A stretch of DNA of 64,000 nucleotides. Origin: Bacteriovoracaceae bacterium. Its GTDB lineage: Bacteria > Bdellovibrionota > Bacteriovoracia > Bacteriovoracales > Bacteriovoracaceae. The stretch is from NCBI GenBank assembly GCA_048270185.1, contig JBLWTJ010000004.1, positions 196,615 through 260,614 on the forward strand. Direction: 5' to 3'. Under the pieces are notes generated by a model. The model searched no databases and was not told the DNA's origin. It saw only the letters and a list, made by a program, of their open reading frames with translations. Shown one piece after another: positions 21,395 to 30,412 of this stretch (positions within the stretch are counted from its first letter, which is position 1; every line of letters begins with the position of its first letter). The position numbers and the translations under genes were made by a program.

Positions 21395-22339
21395 ATGAAA
21401 AGAATCGTTCTAGTATCAGGCACATCAAATCCTAACCTTTCTTCCGACATTTCACAAATATTAGACGTACCATTAGTTGATCCTCAGGTTATCAAATTTG
21501 CTAACGGTGAAACCTTTTGTGAGATCGAACAAAACGTTCGTGGTGCTGATGTATTCATCATTCAATCTACTTGTGCTCCAGTTAATGATAATCTGATGGA
21601 ATTGCTTATTATGATTGATGCTCTAAAGCGAGCTTCAGCGGCTTCAATCACAGCTGTGATTCCTCACTATGGTTATTGTCGACAAGACCGTAAGGTGTCT
21701 CCACGAACTCCAATTTCTGCAAAGCTTGTTTCTGACATTATTACAGTTGCCGGTGCCAGTCGTGTCATCACGATGGACCTACACTCTGGACAGGTTCAGG
21801 GATTTTTTAATATTCCATTTGATAATATTTATGCTTCACCAGTTCTTGTTAAGCATATTAAAAAAGAACTAATGACTGAAAATACTATCTTTGTTTCTCC
21901 TGATGCAGGAGGAGTTGAAAGAGCTCGTCATTACGCTAAGAAGTGTGGATGTGATATTGCCATGATCGATAAACGTCGTACTGGAAAGAATGTTGCTAAG
22001 GCGATGAATATCGTTGGTGATGTTAAAGGTAAGGACTGTATCATCCTCGATGATATGATTGATACGGCAGGTACACTTATTGAAGCGTGTAAGGCCTTAA
22101 AGGATAATGGTGCAGCAAGTGTTGTTGCTTGTGCAACACACCCTGTATTTTCTGGCCCTGCTATCGACAGAATTTTAAGTTCTGATGCATTAAATAAGGT
22201 ACTTGTAACGAATACAATTCCACTTAGTAAGCAAGCTCAGGATTGCGGTAAAATCATTTCTGTTTCTGTTGCTGAAATTTTAGCTAAGTCGATTCACCGT
22301 ACATTTAATAACGACTCAGTTAGTTCACTATTTTTATAA
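21395..22339 (+). CDS. prs: Ribose-phosphate pyrophosphokinase
   Basis: FANGE, RQDRK, SPDAGG, DDMIDTAGT. Confidence 0.97.
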   Translation: MKRIVLVSGTSNPNLSSDISQILDVPLVDPQVIKFANGETFCEIEQNVRGADVFIIQSTCAPVNDNLMELLIMIDALKRASAASITAVIPHYGYCRQDRKVSPRTPISAKLVSDIITVAGASRVITMDLHSGQVQGFFNIPFDNIYASPVLVKHIKKELMTENTIFVSPDAGGVERARHYAKKCGCDIAMIDKRRTGKNVAKAMNIVGDVKGKDCIILDDMIDTAGTLIEACKALKDNGAASVVACATHPVFSGPAIDRILSSDALNKVLVTNTIPLSKQAQDCGKIISVSVAEILAKSIHRTFNNDSVSSLFL

Positions 22340-22348
22340 AGAGTTAAT

Positions 22349-22936
22349 ATGAATTATTTAATTGTTGGTCTCGGTAACCCTGGTTCCGAGTATAAAGGTA
22401 CAAGACATAATATCGGTTGGGATATTATGAATTTCATTGAACCAATTAAAGATCTTAATTTTAAAGAGAAATTTAAAGGGATCTGGTCAGCATTTGAAGT
22501 TGACGAGGATAAATACTACGTTCTCATGCCGCAAACTTATATGAATCTTAGTGGTGAGAGTGTTATCCCTTTTGCTCAGTACTTCAAAATCGAACCAGAG
22601 AATATTCTTGTCATCCATGACGAGCTTGATCTTCCATGGGGGACAGTAGCCTTTAAAGATGGAGGAGGACTTGCTGGCCACAATGGCCTGAAGTCGATTG
22701 CTGCTCAATTAGGTCATAATAATTTTAAGCGCTTACGTATGGGGATCGGAAGACCGCCATTTGGCAGTGTCTCTGACTGGGTTCTTGGCCGCTATCACGG
22801 TGCCGAGGCCGATTATATTGATGATTACTTAGAAAAAGCTTCAAAAGCCGTTCAATGTTATGTAAAAAGTGGTTTTAAAGTTGCGATTCAAAGATATAGA
22901 AAAAAGAAATTAATTGAATTATTAGGAGATAATTAA
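22349..22936 (+). CDS. pth: Peptidyl-tRNA hydrolase
   Basis: VGLGNPG, TRHNIG, TYMNLSG, GHNGLKS. Confidence 0.97.
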   Translation: MNYLIVGLGNPGSEYKGTRHNIGWDIMNFIEPIKDLNFKEKFKGIWSAFEVDEDKYYVLMPQTYMNLSGESVIPFAQYFKIEPENILVIHDELDLPWGTVAFKDGGGLAGHNGLKSIAAQLGHNNFKRLRMGIGRPPFGSVSDWVLGRYHGAEADYIDDYLEKASKAVQCYVKSGFKVAIQRYRKKKLIELLGDN

Positions 22937-24045
22937 TGGCCTTAAATTGTGGGATTGTAGGACTACCAAACGTTGGTAAGTCGACTATTTTTCAGGCCCT
23001 AACTTCTGCTCCGGCAGAAGCGGCTAACTTTCCATTTTGTACGATTGAACCAAATATCGGTATTGTAAATGTTGGTGATATTCGTATGAAGAAAATTGCG
23101 GATATTATTGGGCCACAAAAAGTAATTCCTACTTTTGTTGAGTTCGTTGATATTGCAGGTCTTGTAAAAGGTGCTTCAAAAGGTGAGGGACTTGGTAACC
23201 AATTCCTTGGAAATATTCGTCAAGTAAATGCAATTGTTCATGTTGTAAGATGTTTTGATGATCCAAATGTTGTACATGTTCACGGTGAAGTAAATCCAGT
23301 AGATGATATTGAAACAATCAATATGGAGCTAGCACTTGCCGACTTAGAAGTTGCTCAACGTAAGCAAGCGAACCTTCCTAAGCTTATGAAGAATCAAAAT
23401 AAGGAGATTTCTTCAAAAGCAAAGATGCTTGTCCCTGTTCTCGAAAAATTAGTTGCTCACTTAGAACAAGGTCTTGCTGCAAGAATTCTTGATCTTGATT
23501 CTGATGATAAAGAGTTAATTCGCGACTTAAATCTTATCACTCTAAAACCAACACTCTATTTATGTAACGTTGATGAAGAAAGTGTTAGTGAAGATAATGA
23601 TTATGTAAAAGCAGTTAAGGATTTTGCAGAAAAAGAAGGCTCTCGTGCCATTAAGATTTGTGGAAAGCTTGAATCTGAAATTTCAGCACTTGAAGATGAA
23701 GCAGATAAGAAAGACTTCATGGAAGCTGCCGGAATTGAAATTTCTGGTTTAGAAACACTTACTCATGAAGCATATAATATGCTTGGTCTTCGTACTTACT
23801 TTACTGCTGGTGTAAAAGAAGTTCGTGCTTGGACATTTAAAGATGGTGCCAAAGCTCCTGAAGCAGCTGGTGTTATTCACACTGACTTCGAAAGAGGTTT
23901 TATTAAGGCCGAAATTTATCACTATGATGACCTTATCCAATTTGGAAGTGAGTCAAAGGTGAAAGAAAATGGAAAGCTTAGAATCGAAGGAAAAGAGTAC
24001 GTTGTAAAAGACGGGGATATCATTCACTTCAGATTTAATGTTTAA
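22936..24045 (+). CDS. ychF: Redox-regulated ATPase YchF
   Basis: GLPNVGKST, NFPFCTIEPN, DIAGLVKGAS, FRFNV end. Confidence 0.97.
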   Translation: MALNCGIVGLPNVGKSTIFQALTSAPAEAANFPFCTIEPNIGIVNVGDIRMKKIADIIGPQKVIPTFVEFVDIAGLVKGASKGEGLGNQFLGNIRQVNAIVHVVRCFDDPNVVHVHGEVNPVDDIETINMELALADLEVAQRKQANLPKLMKNQNKEISSKAKMLVPVLEKLVAHLEQGLAARILDLDSDDKELIRDLNLITLKPTLYLCNVDEESVSEDNDYVKAVKDFAEKEGSRAIKICGKLESEISALEDEADKKDFMEAAGIEISGLETLTHEAYNMLGLRTYFTAGVKEVRAWTFKDGAKAPEAAGVIHTDFERGFIKAEIYHYDDLIQFGSESKVKENGKLRIEGKEYVVKDGDIIHFRFNV

Positions 24046-24165
24046 GCACCCGCAAAATAGATTGGCTAAGGCCAATCTATTGTTTGCGGTGCTAGCGCAG
24101 TCGTTTGAAATGATGACTGTAATAAACGAAATGAGCTTTAGCTCATTTATGTTTCCTCAGCGCAA
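24043..24165 (+). repeat. Structured intergenic repeat, copy A (REP/MITE-like or 3'-UTR RNA element)
   Basis: 24043-24095 matches the reverse complement of 30634-30686 at 47/53 nt; long imperfect hairpin followed by two more hairpins. Confidence 0.85.
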
Positions 24166-24183
24166 ACTTATATGAGAAAATAC

Positions 24184-24213
24184 AAAAAAGGCTTCCAACG
24201 GAAGCCTTTTTTT
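24184..24213. terminator. Bidirectional intrinsic terminator
   Basis: A-tract GGCTTCC AAC GGAAGCC T-tract. Confidence 0.9.
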
Positions 24214-24340
24214 ATGTATCAATTTTTAATATCAATTTTAAGTTTTTATTTTAAATATCAACTTTAAGTACCAATTCCAAAATGTATTTTAATGAATAAG
24301 TTTTAAGTAACAACTCTATCCATTATCCCAAGTAACGACT

Positions 24341-26386
24341 CTATAATTGAGATGAAATCGCACGTTTTGGACTTGGCACTTTCTTATTAGCATTAAATGT
24401 TGAAGCGATACTCTTTTCTAAAATATAATTATCTTTCATTAGATTGTAGAAGAAGAAATTACGATAGATAAGTTTCACGTATAAACGCGTTTCCTTATAT
24501 GGTATTTGTTCAATTTGAAAGATTGGATCATCAACATCCATTAAATCCTCTGCCCATCTGGTAACTTTTGTCGGTCCAGCATTATATGAAGACAAGGCAT
24601 AGATGATATTTCCGTCAAACTTATTAAGCAGTTTTTTAAAGTAGCGAACCCCTGCATCGATATTTTTATGTGGTTTTAAAAGCTCATCTAATTTTCTAAA
24701 CTTTGTCATCTGCTTTGCAGTGGCCGGCATAAGTTGCATTAGTCCCATTGCCCCAACTGAAGACCTTGCATTTGGATTAAAGGCACTCTCTTGTCTAATA
24801 ATTGATAAAACGAGAAGTGGATCAATGTCAGCATTCACATCTTTGATCTTATCAAGATGGAGTACTGGAAAAAGTGTCGTAATATCAATTTTAGATGGTC
24901 TGATAAGATTTAAATCAATTGTTCTCGAAACAAGCTTGAAGCTTGAAAGAAAGTCTTCCTTCTCTTTAAAGCGATGAAGAAAGTAGTTAAATATCGCGAC
25001 TCGTTGGTCTTCAACAGTGAGAGTATCTAACTTATTATGGTTTTCAATGTCTTTTTCTGGATCTAGTCTTATAAATTCATAAATAAGTTTATCAACTTTA
25101 CTAATGAATTTAAGTTCATGCCAAATATTTGATTCGCGAATATTACGCTGCTTTTCTTTTGTGAAATCTGATAACTCAAGCTCGGGTAGATTTATCGTAT
25201 TTTTATGAAAGTATAACGACTTTACATATTTCTTATCAAACTGCGGTAGATAATCTTGAGCAATGATTGAATAAAAACTAAGTGGGTTACTATTAATCAT
25301 GAGTTTGAAAAGATGTTTAGATAGGGATGTGTTGCCATCTTTCATGTAACTATAGGCAATCCAAAACTTGGTCTTTGTGTAGAGGTTTGAGAACTCATCG
25401 ATGAGATTGAATTTTTGAACCGTAACAATACTTTCTTTATAGTCTTCTCTTTTAATTGAATTCCATAAGAGTAAGAAAAGTGATTCATTCTTTGTTTCAC
25501 TGTCATAACTTATTTCATAGGAACGCTCAAAAAAACGATTTGCATTTTTAATATCATTATTATTTTGAAGAAGCTTCCCGATATATCGAACACGTTTCCA
25601 TGCAGACTTTTGATAAATGTATTCTTCGTTGTTTTTTTCAAACATTAGGAACTTATCTAACTGGTCCTTAGTGTTCTTTTTGTTTTTAATAGATTTTTTA
25701 AGAGCACTATACTGATTGATAAATTCATTTGTTATCGTTAGTTTATTTTTCTTAATCCTATGTAGATTGTTTTGAAATAAAAGAGTGATGTCTTTATCAA
25801 AATCTACATGGGAATATAGTCTTGTATCGATCTTTAGACCTTTTATAAGAGTTATTTCTATCAAATACTTCTTTATATGATTATAGATCTTGGAGTTCTT
25901 ATCGACTTTGTTAAGTCTACTGATAAATAGTGAGTTCTTTGTCGTTGCTAGGTAAGAGATTGCTTTCTTGAAGTTTTCTTCATCCTTAATGATGTCCTTA
26001 AAGAATCGATCATTTAAAAGATAATTTACAGTGTGGTAACAATAACTCTTAATTGAGTCGACGAAATCATCCTCAACACGATTTGCAGTTTTTCCCTTAA
26101 TGTCACATGAAAAGTATCTTTCCCTTTTGAGTGACGTTTTTAAGTCTGCTAAGAAATCTAAGTGAGGCAGATAGTTTTTAAAGATACCACCGTCAGCAAT
26201 ACTCTTTCTTGCATAGAATATTTTAGCGTTGGATATCTTCTTACGTTTTAAATGTCTTTCAATCTCTGCAATATATCGAGCAGCTTTAAGCTCTTTATCT
26301 TTAAGAGATACTTTCTTTGCTTGAATTGAAAGACCTAATGACCCACATAGGGAAATTAAGATAATCTTTTTAGCCAATAAACTCAT
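24341..26386 (-). CDS. Soluble lytic transglycosylase (Slt-like) with TPR-like helical region
   Basis: IIRQESAFNPNARSSVGAMGLMQLMP, SYNAG, ETRLYVK. Confidence 0.9.
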   Translation of the reverse strand: MSLLAKKIILISLCGSLGLSIQAKKVSLKDKELKAARYIAEIERHLKRKKISNAKIFYARKSIADGGIFKNYLPHLDFLADLKTSLKRERYFSCDIKGKTANRVEDDFVDSIKSYCYHTVNYLLNDRFFKDIIKDEENFKKAISYLATTKNSLFISRLNKVDKNSKIYNHIKKYLIEITLIKGLKIDTRLYSHVDFDKDITLLFQNNLHRIKKNKLTITNEFINQYSALKKSIKNKKNTKDQLDKFLMFEKNNEEYIYQKSAWKRVRYIGKLLQNNNDIKNANRFFERSYEISYDSETKNESLFLLLWNSIKREDYKESIVTVQKFNLIDEFSNLYTKTKFWIAYSYMKDGNTSLSKHLFKLMINSNPLSFYSIIAQDYLPQFDKKYVKSLYFHKNTINLPELELSDFTKEKQRNIRESNIWHELKFISKVDKLIYEFIRLDPEKDIENHNKLDTLTVEDQRVAIFNYFLHRFKEKEDFLSSFKLVSRTIDLNLIRPSKIDITTLFPVLHLDKIKDVNADIDPLLVLSIIRQESAFNPNARSSVGAMGLMQLMPATAKQMTKFRKLDELLKPHKNIDAGVRYFKKLLNKFDGNIIYALSSYNAGPTKVTRWAEDLMDVDDPIFQIEQIPYKETRLYVKLIYRNFFFYNLMKDNYILEKSIASTFNANKKVPSPKRAISSQL

Positions 26387-26933
26387 TGAAACGACCTTCC
26401 ATATCTTTTAATTTAGTGACGACGTCACTTAAAATTAATTTTTTATCGTCAGGTACTACTTGTTGTAGATTCTTTAAGTAATTACAGATTTCATCAATAT
26501 AGACAGTGTCTTCCTTAAAATTCGTTTGGAAGTACTCAACTGTAAGATTGACTTCGTCAGCAACGTCCTTGAAGTAATCACCATCTCTAAAAGATAACTT
26601 TCTTTCAAAACCTACATGTCTTAAATTAGCAAGATATTGTTTTAACTTATAAAGTGGGCCTGCAACTTTATGTGTAAAGAAGATGCAGGTAATAAAAATT
26701 AAGATTCCAAAAAACGCCTGACATAAAATGAGGAAATTAACTAAGTTAGTCTTCATTGATGCAATATGCTCAGCAGATTGTGGAAACTTCTCTGAAATAT
26801 TTGTTAATACTTGGTAAATAACTAAAGGGTAGAACGCACTTAGTACGAGAATAACGACACAAATCAATGCGCTGAATCTCAGCTGAAATTTAGAGTCTAC
26901 GATGATTATAGAACGCTTATATGGTTTAGACAC
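26370..26933 (-). CDS. Two-TM membrane protein with HAMP-like linker
   Basis: Two hydrophobic helices, THKVAGPLY...RDGD..DVADEVN. Confidence 0.65.
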   Translation of the reverse strand: MSKPYKRSIIIVDSKFQLRFSALICVVILVLSAFYPLVIYQVLTNISEKFPQSAEHIASMKTNLVNFLILCQAFFGILIFITCIFFTHKVAGPLYKLKQYLANLRHVGFERKLSFRDGDYFKDVADEVNLTVEYFQTNFKEDTVYIDEICNYLKNLQQVVPDDKKLILSDVVTKLKDMEGRFNEFIG

Positions 26934-27082
26934 ATTTTCTCCAAACTTTTAATTAGTTTCAATTGTAATTATAACATCTTATGGATTTTGTTGTAGGGCA
27001 AAAATTTGCTTTACCGATTGAATAACTACCCAATATTTAATAGAATCCCCTTAATTTAATGCTAAAAACCGAGAGATCTACT

Positions 27083-28228
27083 ATGTTAAATATTGAAGAA
27101 ATTAAAACTAAATTAATTGATGTTAAAAACCCAAATTCTGGAGAATCACTTCTTAATGAAAATCGTTTTAAGGACATTGCAATTAAAGATGAAAATTTAA
27201 CTCTAGTTTATAATCGCGATGGTATAACTCCAGAGCAAAAGCGCTCGATTGAAGATGATATTGTTGCAAAGCTTTCGTCAGTTATTAACGAAGATAATCT
27301 CTTTATTAAAACGATCTCAACTCAAGAGGCACCTGCTCAGGCTAAGCAAAAGCCAAAACAAGAGGGTGCAAAACTTGAGGTCGGTCACGCAAAAGGTGCG
27401 CCTCAAAAACGTAGTATTGATGGTGTTTCTAAGATTATTGCAGTCTCATCAGGTAAGGGTGGAGTTGGAAAAAGTACAGTTTCGGTTAACCTTGCACTTG
27501 CACTTAAAAATGCTGGTAAGAAAGTAGGTCTTTTAGATGCAGATATTTATGGTCCTTCTATTCCAATGCTTCTAGGTCAAAGAGATGCTAAACCTCTTGC
27601 AACAGAATCAAAGAAGATTGCCCCTATAGAATCACACGGTTTAAAGTTTATCAGCTTCGGTCTTTTCATCGAAGAGAAGGATGCGGTTATTTGGCGTGGA
27701 CCAATGCTTGGTGGCGTACTTAATCAATTTCTTTTTGATGTTGAGTGGGGTGAGCTTGATTATCTTATTCTTGATCTACCTCCAGGAACTGGTGATGTTC
27801 AGCTTTCAATCGCGCAAACTCTCAATTTAGACGGTATTATTGGTGTTTCGACTCCACAAGATGTTGCTATCCTAGACTCTAGAAAAGGTCTAAATATGTT
27901 TGAACAAGTAAATGTACCTGTTCTTGGTTTAGTTGAAAATATGAGTTACTTTGCACCAGATGATATGCCTGAGAAGAAGTACTATATCTTCGGTGAAAAT
28001 GGTGGAGCAGACATTGCAAAAGAGCTTGGCTATAACTTCTTAGGTGGTGTTCCAATAGAAATTGCCCTTAGAGAGTCTTGTGATAAGGGCCTTCCTTATA
28101 TGGCCAATATGTCATACGAAAATAGGCCAGTATGGAATGCTTATTCCTCTATTGCAAAAAAGATAGTTGAGTTAGAAAATGGAGAAGGAAAGGAAAAAGG
28201 TTTTTTCTCAAAAATTTTCAAAAGGTAA
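27083..28228 (+). CDS. mrp: Mrp/ApbC Fe-S cluster carrier ATPase
   Basis: SGKGGVGKST, DADIYGPS, WRGPML, DLPPGTGD, ENMS. Confidence 0.93.
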   Translation: MLNIEEIKTKLIDVKNPNSGESLLNENRFKDIAIKDENLTLVYNRDGITPEQKRSIEDDIVAKLSSVINEDNLFIKTISTQEAPAQAKQKPKQEGAKLEVGHAKGAPQKRSIDGVSKIIAVSSGKGGVGKSTVSVNLALALKNAGKKVGLLDADIYGPSIPMLLGQRDAKPLATESKKIAPIESHGLKFISFGLFIEEKDAVIWRGPMLGGVLNQFLFDVEWGELDYLILDLPPGTGDVQLSIAQTLNLDGIIGVSTPQDVAILDSRKGLNMFEQVNVPVLGLVENMSYFAPDDMPEKKYYIFGENGGADIAKELGYNFLGGVPIEIALRESCDKGLPYMANMSYENRPVWNAYSSIAKKIVELENGEGKEKGFFSKIFKR

Positions 28229-28231
28229 TGG

Positions 28232-28765
28232 ATGTCCATCGTACAGAAAATAGAGGAGCAGTGCTCTTTTAATTTTACTGGCAGAATTAATATTCTTAAG
28301 AAAGCCGACCGCCAATTTCTTGGTGTTATTTATATCAGCGAAGGAATGGTGGTTGCTGCTCAATTCTCTAAGAAAACTGGGCTTAAGGCCCTTTATTCCC
28401 TCGTTATTTTTGAAATGGATGGTCTACAAGAGTTCTCACTTGTGTCAGAGCCAGAAATTGTCTCGGAAAACGACTTTGAATTCAAGCTCAAGTATAGCGA
28501 GTTAAAAGAAAATATTGAGAATGCTTATCAACAGCACTTAAAGGCCAAAAGTCTACGCCCACCAGAAAATATTCACATTTTAGTCAATCCGGCGTTCATA
28601 AAAGATGGAAAAAAGACTGGTGCAAATGAATTTTTACTATTAAAAACTATAGCAGAATACAGTAAGGTAAAAGATATTTATCTTAATTGCGAACTATTTG
28701 ATTTTGAAATTACGCAGGCCCTTGTTACGTTAAGAAAGATAGGTGCCTTAAAAGTCGTAAAGTAG
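28232..28765 (+). CDS. Hypothetical protein, DUF4388/PATAN-like
   Basis: FTGRINI...GVIYISEGMVVAA...G..AL pattern, possible C-terminal winged helix. Confidence 0.55.
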   Translation: MSIVQKIEEQCSFNFTGRINILKKADRQFLGVIYISEGMVVAAQFSKKTGLKALYSLVIFEMDGLQEFSLVSEPEIVSENDFEFKLKYSELKENIENAYQQHLKAKSLRPPENIHILVNPAFIKDGKKTGANEFLLLKTIAEYSKVKDIYLNCELFDFEITQALVTLRKIGALKVVK

Positions 28766-28774
28766 GAGTATAGA

Positions 28775-28966
28775 ATGAAAGATCAAACGCATAACAATGG
28801 ATCATTAAAAGAACTTAAAGTTATGATCGAAGAAGATGTAGTCACTTCGTTTGAGAATATGTCTACAAACACAGGAATTTCCCTAGAGGAGCTTATTGTT
28901 GTCGCTCTAAAGCGTTTTAGGTCATCTCATAGTGACTATGAGAAGAAAACTTTCCAAATGGATTAA
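28775..28966 (+). CDS. Small hypothetical protein, possible ribbon-helix-helix
   Basis: AGGAG RBS; beta strand ELKVMI then two helices with GISLEELI. Confidence 0.55.
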   Translation: MKDQTHNNGSLKELKVMIEEDVVTSFENMSTNTGISLEELIVVALKRFRSSHSDYEKKTFQMD

Positions 28967-28980
28967 TCATCTTATATTAA

Positions 28981-29013
28981 GTGAACACGCCTCAAAAGTG
29001 TGTTCACATTTTT
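28981..29013 (+). terminator. Hairpin/terminator after the mrp operon (could double as an activator site)
   Basis: GTGAACACGC-CTCAAAA-GTGTGTTCAC followed by ATTTTTT. Confidence 0.6.
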
Positions 29014-29081
29014 TACAGTGTTAAAAGTTTAACAGTCTAATATCTAAACAAATCAATAAAATTCATTAAAACAGTACGCAA

Positions 29082-29094
29082 TATCAGACACTTG
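29082..29094 (+). promoter_or_regulatory. Putative IHF site
   Basis: TATCAG-ACAC-TTG fits WATCAR-N4-TTR, just upstream of a sigma-54 promoter. Confidence 0.5.
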
Positions 29095-29118
29095 GCTGTT
29101 TTGTGTATTTGTTCAGCT

Positions 29119-29134
29119 TGGCACGCTGGTTGCT
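29119..29134 (+). promoter_or_regulatory. Sigma-54 (-24/-12) promoter
   Basis: TGGCACG-CTGG-TTGCT matches the full consensus. Confidence 0.85.
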
Positions 29135-29167
29135 TCTATAAATACATATAAGTCTTAGGAGCATTGT

Positions 29168-30325
29168 ATGAAAGCGACAGCTATTTACAAGAAATTCATT
29201 ATTGCATCACTACTATCGGGATCATTTCTTGTTTTCGGTGGTATCTATCAGGGGATGTCTGTTACTGATAACTCTTTTATGCAACAAAAGGATATCTCAT
29301 TTGCAAAAAGAGCAGATGAAAATGCTGATCGTATTGTTGCTTCTTCTGATCGTGAAAAGATTGCGATTCCATATATTCCTGTAGCTGAATATGCAGATGC
29401 AATTAATGGGAAATGGGAAATCGTAAGAGTAGAGAATAATGAAGGAATCGAAATTCATAACGAAGCTAAATCGAATAAGAAAGTAGTAGTAGAATTAGAA
29501 CTTATTGGAACAGGGCTTGTAAGAATTAATAATAATCCAGATTATACATTTGATGTTTCTTTCCTACACGAAAACCTTAAGAATATCTCTATCTTTAGAG
29601 CTTTTGAAAAAGGTTATGAAATGATTGAAGCACGTAAACTTAACGAAGTTAAGGCAGTCGCTAAATCAATTTCAACTCAAGAAGAAGTTGTAGCTGAAGA
29701 AGAGCAGGTAATTGATGTTAATGAAAGAAAAGAATACATCATTGAAAGAGCAGTTCTTCCACAATTTAACAATAAAATGATCCGTGGTGATCAATTTATC
29801 GAGGGAAGTGTTACAGTTGGTCCAAATGGTGTACAAGGTCTGTACTTCTCAGTTTCATCTGAAGGTCAAGATGTTAACGAAGTAATCGGAGATATCAAAC
29901 TTAAAGATGGAAGTTCATTTGAAGTTGAAATCCAAGGACAATTATCACATGGTATCTTTACGAGAAATGGTGAAAATGGATACAGACTAAGATTCGCAAC
30001 TGGTCCATATAAAGGTGCTCTACTTAACTATGTAACTTATGAAGAGTTAGAAAGAATTAATATTGAAATTGAAAATATGGAAAGAGCAAAAGAAGAGTCA
30101 CGTTTTCAAAATGAACTAACTCGTGAAAGTTCAATAGCGGAAGATATCAATCTTGCTCAAAAGAATGTTATCTCTGCAGGATTCAATAAGCCAGCTCAAG
30201 AGCAACAAGTTGAAGAAGAAAGATACGAAGAAGAGTACAATGACGAGTATCAAGATGAAAATTTAAATGACCCTTATTCTGAAGAAAATAACGAAGAGTA
30301 TAATAGACAAGGTTACGAGTTTTAA
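29168..30325 (+). CDS. Hypothetical exported/membrane-anchored protein with acidic tail
   Basis: AGGAG RBS, N-terminal hydrophobic segment, beta-rich body, E/Y/N-rich C-terminus. Confidence 0.75.
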   Translation: MKATAIYKKFIIASLLSGSFLVFGGIYQGMSVTDNSFMQQKDISFAKRADENADRIVASSDREKIAIPYIPVAEYADAINGKWEIVRVENNEGIEIHNEAKSNKKVVVELELIGTGLVRINNNPDYTFDVSFLHENLKNISIFRAFEKGYEMIEARKLNEVKAVAKSISTQEEVVAEEEQVIDVNERKEYIIERAVLPQFNNKMIRGDQFIEGSVTVGPNGVQGLYFSVSSEGQDVNEVIGDIKLKDGSSFEVEIQGQLSHGIFTRNGENGYRLRFATGPYKGALLNYVTYEELERINIEIENMERAKEESRFQNELTRESSIAEDINLAQKNVISAGFNKPAQEQQVEEERYEEEYNDEYQDENLNDPYSEENNEEYNRQGYEF

Positions 30326-30351
30326 TCCCCCCCTAAGAGAAGAGAAATTAC

Positions 30352-30388
30352 AAAAAAGAAGGCCCTCAAAATTGAGGGCCTTTTTTTT
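30352..30388. terminator. Bidirectional intrinsic terminator
   Basis: A-tract GGCCCTC AAAATT GAGGGCC T-tract. Confidence 0.9.
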
Positions 30389-30412
30389 GTTTATATTTAT
30401 GCAGAAGATTTC

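Noticed and set aside
24040..24099. Integron attC site (hairpin starting at a TAA; copies B/C end GCTAGGC, close to GTTAGGC)
   Set aside because: The invariant AAC/GTT triplets are AGC/GCT here, the upstream genes are core housekeeping genes, and no integron integrase is present.
24107..24155. Hammerhead ribozyme (TGATGA...GAAA plus a stem)
   Set aside because: The conserved C of CUGANGA is missing, stem II does not form, and the motif is absent from copies B and C.
24217..24344. oriC DNA-unwinding element (AT-rich 13-mers)
   Set aside because: No good DnaA boxes (best TTATCCCAA) and no dnaA/dnaN/gidA context.
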